Shown here one piece after another: positions 26,948 to 36,100 of a stretch of 60,947 bases of DNA. Below the pieces are notes generated by a model, which saw only the letters and a list, made by a program, of their open reading frames with translations, did no database searches and was not told the DNA's origin. A program made the position numbers and the translations under genes. Numbering within the stretch: the stretch's first letter is position 1; each line of letters begins with the position of its first letter. This DNA comes from a virus (taxonomy: Duplodnaviria; Caudoviricetes), in IMG/VR virus record IMGVR_UViG_3300028908_000010, positions 1-60,947 of that record. One strand, 5' to 3'.

Positions 26948-27453
26948 ATATGTTTAATTTTTATCCATTTAATGATGAAGATGTGGTTAAAGTAAAAGGT
27001 AATAAAGCTATTATAAGAATGATAAAGCCCCCAATTACATTTCTTTTTTCTGATGTCCTACTCAACCAAATGGATCTTGCCAATAAGCCAACTCATTTAA
27101 GTGGGTATGTTGCTTTACCAAAGGTCAAAGTCCCACGTGAGTGGTGGGGTAACTATAAGGCCGATGGGTTACAATCTCTAAACGTGCATGGAGGAATTAC
27201 ATATTGCAGAGTTATAAGTGATTACGTTGTTTTTGGGTTTGATTGCACACACAAAGGAGATGACAAACGCCCAGAGTTAGACAACCCAGACTACGTTATG
27301 GAGCTTGTAGAAGATATGGAACGTCAATTGCTTGCTTATGCTGAAGTGGTGGAGGATTGGAGAAAAGCAGATGTAAAAGAAAGGACTAAGATAATAGAAC
27401 AAATCAAATCATTAGCTAAACATTCAGAAGGACAGAAGGAAGAAGAAAAATGA
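26944..27453 (+). CDS. Conserved-type phage protein (GYV...VHGGITY...GFDC.H.GD)
   Basis: Motif typical of phage proteins of unknown function. Confidence 0.75.
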   Translation: MNMFNFYPFNDEDVVKVKGNKAIIRMIKPPITFLFSDVLLNQMDLANKPTHLSGYVALPKVKVPREWWGNYKADGLQSLNVHGGITYCRVISDYVVFGFDCTHKGDDKRPELDNPDYVMELVEDMERQLLAYAEVVEDWRKADVKERTKIIEQIKSLAKHSEGQKEEEK

Positions 27454-27812
27454 ATCCAAAAATAAATAGACGTAGAGGAAAGGATACACAAAAAGCCCTT
27501 GCCAAGCTTCTAAGGTGCAAGGATGTGGGAACACTGGGAAAATATGACTTAATTAATCAACTGTTTTGCGTTGAGGCAAAAGAAAGAAAGCAATTCGTAG
27601 CAGAAAAATGGTGGTATCAGGTAACAGACCACATGAAAAAAGACCCATTTGTTAAGAATCAGATTCCCATTGTTGGGGTGCATATTCTGGGAAAACGCCA
27701 TGACAATGATTTCATTATCATTCAAGTAAAAGATTTTCTAAGAATACTTGAAGTGACAGGAGGGGAAGAATGGGATGTAAAGATTGCCCGTTTGCTGGAA
27801 GAAAAAAAGTAA
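27450..27812 (+). CDS. Holliday-junction-resolvase-like PD-(D/E)XK nuclease
   Basis: RRRGK...DL...VEAK...W.Q. Confidence 0.65.
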   Translation: MNPKINRRRGKDTQKALAKLLRCKDVGTLGKYDLINQLFCVEAKERKQFVAEKWWYQVTDHMKKDPFVKNQIPIVGVHILGKRHDNDFIIIQVKDFLRILEVTGGEEWDVKIARLLEEKK

Positions 27813-30142
27813 AATATGAAAGAAATAATCCTGAATTTGTAGTTATAGGAGAGTGCCCAGGACGGGAAGAGTGCACAGTTGGCAAACCGTTTGTAGGTTC
27901 AAGTGGTAGATTACTAATGAAAACGTTTTCACTTTTTGGGATGAAAAGAAAAGATATAAGTATTTTGAATGCAATGATGTGTCCCAAGTATCCAAGTGAT
28001 TCAAGGACAGATATAGAAAAAGCCACCAAACAATGTAAGCCTAATGTAATGAAAGCACTGTCCATATTGAAACCCAAAGTCGTAGTATTACTTGGAGAGC
28101 TTGCCTTATATTCTCTGTTTAATAAAAAGAAGATTTCAAAATTTAGGGGGATAACAATTGATAGTGGATATAAGGTTATTCCCACGTTTCATCCAGCCTA
28201 TGTTACCCGAAACTGCAAAAAAGGGTATCCAGAAATTCCTGTAGAAACCATGAATGAAATTGAAAAATTATTCTATTCAGATATAAAACACGCTGTAGCT
28301 ATTCTGAAAGGAAAGGACACTCTTAATGTAAATTATTCTACCATCAATATTCCAGATAATGGAATCGTTGCTTTTGATATAGAAACAGAAAATTTGCTTG
28401 TTGCACATACAAAGGGAAAGGTATTGTCTATCGCCCTGGCAGGAGAGGATGGTGTATTTGCTTCTATCGTAAAAAAGAACAGACTAAAAAAAAAGATTAA
28501 GGAAATACTTGAAAATCCAAAAGTCAAGAAGATAGTGCATAACCGCCCATTTGATGAGTTAGTTTGTCTTAACAATCTAAAATGTAAAGTCAAAGGACAA
28601 ATCTTTGATACAATGACAATGGCTCACATTGTAGATGAAAATATGATTTCTTACAAATTAGAACACCTTGCCAATGTATATACTTCAAGACACAATATAA
28701 AGGATATAGTTAGTGGAGATAGATCTTCCCTATCTTCCCTCCCAGAAGATCAGTTATTAAGTTATGTATCCCTCGATGCAGAAGTAACTTTTGAAATATT
28801 TAATGTCCTCAAGAAAAAGATAGCAGGGGATAAACAGCTATTAAGATATTATACTTATTATTTTCTTCCCGTAGAAAATACTTTTGCTGATGTGAGCAGA
28901 AATGGATGGAAAATAGACCTCGAACGCCTTGATAGAAATGAAGACAAATTATTGGAACAACAGGAAGCACTATTGAAAGAGCTTTTAGAACCCCTGCCCA
29001 AATCGCTAAAATCAGACACGTTAACGCCAGAAGTAATATCAAAGTATATGTTTTCTAAAAAAGGGCTAAATCTGAAGCCATTAGAACGCACTGAAAAAAC
29101 TAATGAACCATCAACAAATAAGTATCATTTAAAAAGATTTAGGCATATTGAGTGGGTATCCAAACTCCTCCAATATAAACAAATTTCAAAAATATTAAAT
29201 ACATACATTAAAGCAATCAGAAAGAATATATATCCTGATGGATACATTTACCCAAAAATATTCCTGACTGGAACTGTAACGGGGAGGACTGTAATATTAG
29301 ATCCAGCAATGCAACAGTTTCCCACACATGGGGACTATGCCAAAATTATACTTGAAAATATAGTAGCAGAGGATGGATGGCTTATTTGTTCTCATGATTT
29401 ATCCCAAAGTGAAATGCGAATAGCTGGATGGTTGGCAGGAGATGAAAATATCCTAAATGCCCTACAACAGGGAATAGACCTTCATATAAGAACTGCATCT
29501 CTTATTAGTGGAGTTCCCTTTAAAAAAGTTACCAAAGAAATGAGACAGAATGCAAAAGCAGTTAACTTTGGGTTGTTATATGGAATGCAAGCTCCTTCTC
29601 TTGTAGATTATGCCTTTAAAGAATATGACATTGAAATAAGCCTCAAAGAAGCTCAGACATATAGGCAGAAGTTCTTTTCCAAACCAGATGGATATTGGAA
29701 ATTGCCTTTATACCATAGAAGAATGGTTAGAATAGCTCAATTTCATAAACAGGTAAGATGTGTTCTCGGAAGAATAAGGCATCTTCCACATATAGATTCC
29801 AGAGATTCATATTTAAGAAGCAAAGCAGAAAGACAAGCCATAAATACTCCTGTCCAGAATTTTAGTTCTGAATTAGCCTGCCTTGGAATTATGCTATTCA
29901 GAAAAGAAATAAATTCCAATCCAAAACTAAAGAGTAAAGTTAAGTTGACCAATCTGTTTATACATGATGCTTACTACTACAGAGCAAAAGAGGACGTAGC
30001 TGAAAAAACACAAGAGATATTGAAGGATTGTTTTGAAAACAGGACTAAGGAATATATATGGAAATATTGGAAGATAGAGATAGGTTACCCTATTGAAACA
30101 GAAGGAAAGATAGGGAAAGACTTGAGCTTTAGTAACCCCTGA
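27770..30142 (+). CDS. polA: Family A DNA polymerase with N-terminal family-4 uracil-DNA-glycosylase-like domain (SPO1-type fusion)
   Basis: CKDC, IGECPG, PFVG.SG, FHPAY; exonuclease FDIET; DLSQSEMR, KAVNFGLLYG, IHDA. Confidence 0.92.
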   Translation: MGCKDCPFAGRKKVKYERNNPEFVVIGECPGREECTVGKPFVGSSGRLLMKTFSLFGMKRKDISILNAMMCPKYPSDSRTDIEKATKQCKPNVMKALSILKPKVVVLLGELALYSLFNKKKISKFRGITIDSGYKVIPTFHPAYVTRNCKKGYPEIPVETMNEIEKLFYSDIKHAVAILKGKDTLNVNYSTINIPDNGIVAFDIETENLLVAHTKGKVLSIALAGEDGVFASIVKKNRLKKKIKEILENPKVKKIVHNRPFDELVCLNNLKCKVKGQIFDTMTMAHIVDENMISYKLEHLANVYTSRHNIKDIVSGDRSSLSSLPEDQLLSYVSLDAEVTFEIFNVLKKKIAGDKQLLRYYTYYFLPVENTFADVSRNGWKIDLERLDRNEDKLLEQQEALLKELLEPLPKSLKSDTLTPEVISKYMFSKKGLNLKPLERTEKTNEPSTNKYHLKRFRHIEWVSKLLQYKQISKILNTYIKAIRKNIYPDGYIYPKIFLTGTVTGRTVILDPAMQQFPTHGDYAKIILENIVAEDGWLICSHDLSQSEMRIAGWLAGDENILNALQQGIDLHIRTASLISGVPFKKVTKEMRQNAKAVNFGLLYGMQAPSLVDYAFKEYDIEISLKEAQTYRQKFFSKPDGYWKLPLYHRRMVRIAQFHKQVRCVLGRIRHLPHIDSRDSYLRSKAERQAINTPVQNFSSELACLGIMLFRKEINSNPKLKSKVKLTNLFIHDAYYYRAKEDVAEKTQEILKDCFENRTKEYIWKYWKIEIGYPIETEGKIGKDLSFSNP
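27918..27931. promoter_or_regulatory. Dispersed palindrome TGAAAACGTTTTCA
   Basis: Exact copy inside the UDG domain of the polymerase. Confidence 0.85.
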
Positions 30143-33100
30143 GTCTTAATTCTTCAGCCAGTTTAGACCTAAGTGGTTTCATCGCAGACTTGAGAGATCT
30201 AAGTGTTATCCTTGGAATAGAAGTATATTTAGAAGCTTCTTTATTATATTCCATAATCATTTTAAGAACCTTATATCTTTGTGCAGATGTTTTAGCAGTT
30301 CTGTATGCAACATAAATATCCTGTCTCTTCTTATTAAAATAGGATTCCACATTTCTTGCCACACTTTTGTAGAGATAAGTTTTTCCTAATTTAGCAGGTC
30401 TTAAACCCATAGCCAAAAGCAATGACTCTTGTAAATCAGTTTTTAAAGGTTTCCCATTTTCATCATAAACTGGTTTTCCATAAGGATTCTTTATACCCCT
30501 GTATGCCTGAATTGCTCTTAGAGGACTGGCTATGACTTGAGGCAATATTCTGTAAATAGAATTAATAGTATTATATCCTTCCATAGCAACAAGACTGTCC
30601 ACAACACTCTTGGTCAAACCACCATATACACCAAATATAAAGTCAAACAACTCTGAAGGACTCTTAGGTATCCCTATTTTAAGAGACCCACTAAGGTCTA
30701 ACCCCAATAATAAAGCAGGTAATCCTCTTTCTACAGATATAGCTATAGGAGAGTCTGCTCCTCCCAGCTTTCGTAAAAACATTTTCCTCAATGGCTTTCC
30801 AGTTAATCGTTCAAAGATTTGAATTAAATCATCAAGGAAGGGAATTGAAAGTAATCCCCCAAATAGACTAAAAGCAAGAAAGCTGTAACCTACAAACTCT
30901 AAACCTTTTTTATTCAATCCCCAAATCTTACCACCTCTTCCATAATGCCTGAGCATATAATTATAGGAAGCCAGAAGATTGGTAGTAAATGAAGTAAATG
31001 TAAGTGCCAGTCTTGCAAGTCCCGAAGCAACACCCTGACCAGTGGCAAAGATAGGAAGATTTATTTTTCCCATAAGATAATGGGTCATATTAATTAAATT
31101 GGTTGCCTCAGTAATGGCTTCTTTGCTTCTAAAGCTGATACCAGGATTCTCTTCTTTCAAATAGCGATACACTGCAAGAGCAGTAGCAAGTCTATTAGAC
31201 TCCTCCATGTAAGCAAAGGGAGTAGTCAATGCCTTGCTTAATTCTATAAAGGTTTCTCCCTTACCTGCAACTTCATCCCTCATCTGATTAATAAACTGGG
31301 CAGTTGTTACACCATTATTATATGTTATTTGTAGAAATTCTTTTTCATCCTTAGTTAGATAAGGATTAGTTATAATATCCTTATGTCTTAATATTTGGTA
31401 ATAGGCTTTATTCAATAAGCTAAGAGCTTTTTTCATAGGAATGTCATAGATAATGTGCATCATAGGAGCAGTAGATATATACATTTGTGTAGATTGCACT
31501 ATGGCAGGTCTCAACACTCCCCCCATAAACCATAGAAACATATAGGATTTAAGTTTATTAATATATCTATCAAACTTGGCTTGAGGTTTTAATTGATTAA
31601 AAAACCATTGATGTGCATAGTCTCTAAGCCTTCTTTGTTGATAGGGGTCTATCAAATTCAACTTAGGCAGTCCTTCAACAAGAGCCTGCAATCTTGCCAT
31701 ATAATTTGTTGCACCGTTTACATAATTAAAAGTGTTTTCCTTGATATTGTCAGTATCATACCCAAGGACCAGATAAGGACTCCTTCTCATAATCCTCTGC
31801 TCAGCTTTACTACGAGCCATAAGTTCTTCTCTAATATTTCCTACAATTTCATCGAGTATTTTGGCTAAGGAGTCTTCATCTACTGATCTTGTCTTGGTTT
31901 TCTCAGCCAATGAAGACAGAAATGCTCCTATATCTCCTTCTGTTATATTCCCATAAACACTTTCAGCAAGTTTATAGTTTGGAAGAGTATAAATAGCAAA
32001 ATAGTCTTTATCCCTAAAAATTTTCTGTATTTTCTCTAAATCAGGAGCATAGTTAGGATCAATTCTTTTATAATGTTTTCTTAGATAGACACCATTTTCT
32101 CTGGCAACTTCATTATAAGCCAGTTGGAGGGCTTTTGCTTTTACATTGTTAGTCTGTCGTAACGCCGTCCTGAATGCTTTTTCAAATTTTGTCTTATCAA
32201 CAACAACAATCATTTTAGAAGCATCTTGATCTCTATATCTGGGAGTATAAAAAGATACCTTTTCCAAAATAGTTTTCATCTTATTATATTTTTCATATAA
32301 AGGATGATCTTGAACGTCACTTACTAATTGTTGTAATGCTTTCCTGGCTTCTTTACTATATTTGTTTAATAAAGCTGGATTTTGTAATACAGCAGTTACA
32401 GCATTAGAAAGACCTACTAATAATCTATCAGTTACTTGTTGCCCTCTCCTTTTGAGATCTTGTTTAATAATAGTCTTAGATACCATATCCAAAAACACAT
32501 CAGCAACATGATTAAGAGTAGAAGTTGTCACATCATTATAATTATAATAGGCATCTTTTGCAGTTTCTTCTACAATAGGAAGAAATGTAATATTAAAGTT
32601 ATCACAATAATCAAAAAAATGTTTCATTCTAATAACGTGTTGAGGCTGAGAGTAGTCTATAGGAAGATTCAGTCCTGTTTCTTTATTAAGTTGTTGTAAC
32701 AAAGCCTGCCGTTGTTTTGCTTTTTGTCTTCCAGCTTTAGGCTCTGTTTTATATATTAAATACATCATATTAAAAGTTGCTCTTAACTTCTTTACAATAG
32801 ATGGAAGGTTTGAAAGATGTTTTTTTGATAATTTAATATTCAGTGCATCACTCAGTATAATAGCAGAGTCAATAGCTTTCCTTTGAGTATCAGTGACTTG
32901 GGCAAAGTATAGATTCCCTTTTTGTAACAAACTCTGTAATGTAAAATTTTTATTCTCCATAACTCCAACAAGATGGTCAAATAGAGGTCTAAAAGTAGAA
33001 TTTTCACGAGCCACCCAATAAGCCATACCAATAAGCCTTTTTATTATAGAAATATCCTTTAACTGAGGAGGAGCATTTTTTACTTGATTTATAAAAGTAG

Positions 33101-36100
33101 AAATATAATGTTTCATCTTTGAAAGAGTATAAGGTTTATATTCTTCAATAATATTATTCTTTGCTTGGCTTTGAGCATCAAAAGCAGGACGTAGTAATTC
33201 TGGGGGAATAGTAAGATTATAGGCTTTTCTGAATGAGACCACGTGTTTAATATCTGCATCCTCAACAATATCCAGCAATGTATTGAAAGTCTTGAAAAAT
33301 AATCTCTCATCACTTGTAGGAAGCCTCAAAAGGTTTCTAATATAATCAACAATTTTTTGCCATAAACTCTTCTTTTTAGTCTCTAATAGAAAAGACCTTA
33401 CAATAGGATGGCTCATACTTGTAGCCAAAAATTCTTCTGGGCTATATAAAGATTGCAAAAATTCTATCCAAGTATCTCGCCCATATTTTCTTATATGCTC
33501 CGCTAAAACACTATCTTTTTTTATTGCATTATTTATTATATCATTTCGGGATAGCATACTACCTTGTTTAGCCTTTTTGTAGAGATCCTGTCCTAATTTA
33601 ACCTCTTCTTTAGTAAGGAGAGATTTTACTTCCTCAGATATATTTGCTATTTGAGCTTTAAATTTATCTGAATTTTCTGAAAAATTTAAGGCATAGTATG
33701 TAGAAGCATGTATAGCTTCATGTAAAGCAGTAATTTCTAACTCATTAGGTAGAGTATCAGGAGCTATTGTAATTTTTCCAAATATGTCCCCTCCAGGGTC
33801 AAATTGCCCATGTGCTTTTAATAAAGATAAATCTGGATTAAACTCAACAGGAACATGGTATAAAGCAGTTTGGACATAAGGAAGATTTAATAATTCTTGA
33901 GCTATTGACCTTGTCATCCCAGAATTAGACCATTTTGAAATAAACAAAAGAGTTTCATAAGCAGAAGGTTTTGTAGCTATAAAATCTTTTATTGCTTCTG
34001 GAGAGTGCCCATATCGGTTAGTAGTGTCATCTGAAGGACGATATAATTTCATTGTTGAAAGAAATTCATGTCCTGCCACAGCTTTAGCCAAAATTTTATG
34101 GTTACCTTCCAAATATTTATTGATAATAATATTCCATCTACGAGCAAGAAGATGTTGCGTGTTTTCAATATTTATTTCCCCTGCTACATATTTGTTGATA
34201 GCATCCTCAAGTCGTTTAGAAAGTTCTTGAAATAAAATTACATGTTTTACATCAGTGCTTACACGTCTAATAACAGTTCCTATATTAATAAACTTTTTTA
34301 TAGCAGGAAGGATATTCTTTTTTAATTCTTGTTTTAACCACTTCCCTGTTTTAGAATCCTCAAAATATACATCAGACTTTAATAGATCCCAGACCCACTT
34401 AAAAAGCCCAGCCATAGTTCCCAGAGGAGTGTCCACCCTGTATAATCCCATATTTCCCATTATCCAGTTATCCCATATATCATTAAGAGCGTCTAAATAA
34501 GCTTTATAATGGGGAGACCTCTCAACTAATTGACGAGCTTGTTTTTCACTCAACCCAGCATCTATTATTTCTCTCATTAAAGGAGAATTAACATCCCCTT
34601 CTAAAGCCGAGATATAAACTCCTAAAGCATACTTTAATAGTCTATCATACACATCTTTGAGACTATAAAATTCCAGCTTTGTATCGTTTTCTATAGCCCT
34701 GTTAATAACAGCATAAGCAAGACCATAGGACACTCTTGTAATCACACCAGATTCAGTTCTTGTTGTAGGAGAAAAAAGAATCTCAGAAGGAAATAAAGGC
34801 TTCTCAGAAAAAAGAGTGTCATGTATAAGAGAAGCTATATGGGGGCTATCTAAGGGATCATCGTTATATAAATTCTTCAGTGCCAAAGCCGTAAAAATAT
34901 CTTTCCACCCAGTAGAAAGTTCCGTCTCAAATTTCAAGACTTTTTCTGGGAACTTTTCAAAAAATTGGATTCGAGACTCTGCCTCTTTTTTAGTTATTAA
35001 ACCCTTAGATATATAATCCTTAAAATTAGTTCCATTAATATATTCCTTTGCAGAGATAATAAAATCATATTCTGAACGTTCTTCATCTTTAATATAGCCT
35101 TCTTTAAAAGCTTTTTTAACAAACTCTGTATTACCCATATTTAGAATATGATATTTTCCACCAACAGATGTAGCCTTTGTCCAATAGGGTTCAAAACGAG
35201 AATAGACCAGTTTTAATTTATCTTCGTCAGAATATACTCCTTTTACCCCAGATTTAAACATAGCCCAACGCTTAGTAGGGGTGTCTTTAGCCTTAGAAAT
35301 ATCTTTAAGAGAGGTTTTTTCTTTTTCCCCAGGAATAAGGGAAGGTCTCTTAAATTTATCATAACGAGGTTTCTGCATACCTTTTAACTTCTTTAAGGCA
35401 TCATCAATATTACTAACTTTATTAGCATATTTATCAACTTCATTTTCCTCTTTTTGCTTCTCTAATTCAGACTTTGGGATACGTTCCCCTTTTTTTGTGT
35501 AAACAGGTTTATTAAAGTCAAATAAAGGAACTGTTCCTTCTTTAAGGAGATCAGAAATAAAATTTTTTACCTCATCTATAGTTTTGAATCTACCAAGTTC
35601 CTGATATGCCTCTACTTCTTTTCCAGAGGCTAATTCCAAAGGCTCTTCAATATATACTGCCCATTGCCCTTTACTAACTTTACGGATTTTATAGGGCAAA
35701 GTTCCAAATTGTGGGTTAAATGTCTCCCCTGCATTCCTGTTTTTGTCTGTATAATTGATTATTACAAGAGGGGTTTTTTCTTTACTTTTAAGTTTAATAC
35801 CTGCCTCAGTTATACTATCAATATCATCAGGATACCAATTATTATGAATAATCTTCATTGCATGTTCGATAGGCAGATTTTTAACTTCTTCACGTGAGAA
35901 CCCTCTATCTTCTAAAGTATCTACTATCTCTTCTGGAAGGGTTTGTTGTCTTTCAAAAACTTTTATTTCTCCACTAGGTAATACACTTATTTCCTCTGGA
36001 GTATATTTATTTTCTATTATTTCCCTTGCTGATGTTGGAGTAAGTTTCTCTATCTGAAAATCAGAAAATCCCTTCTTTTTTAATGTAGCAATGGTGTCCT

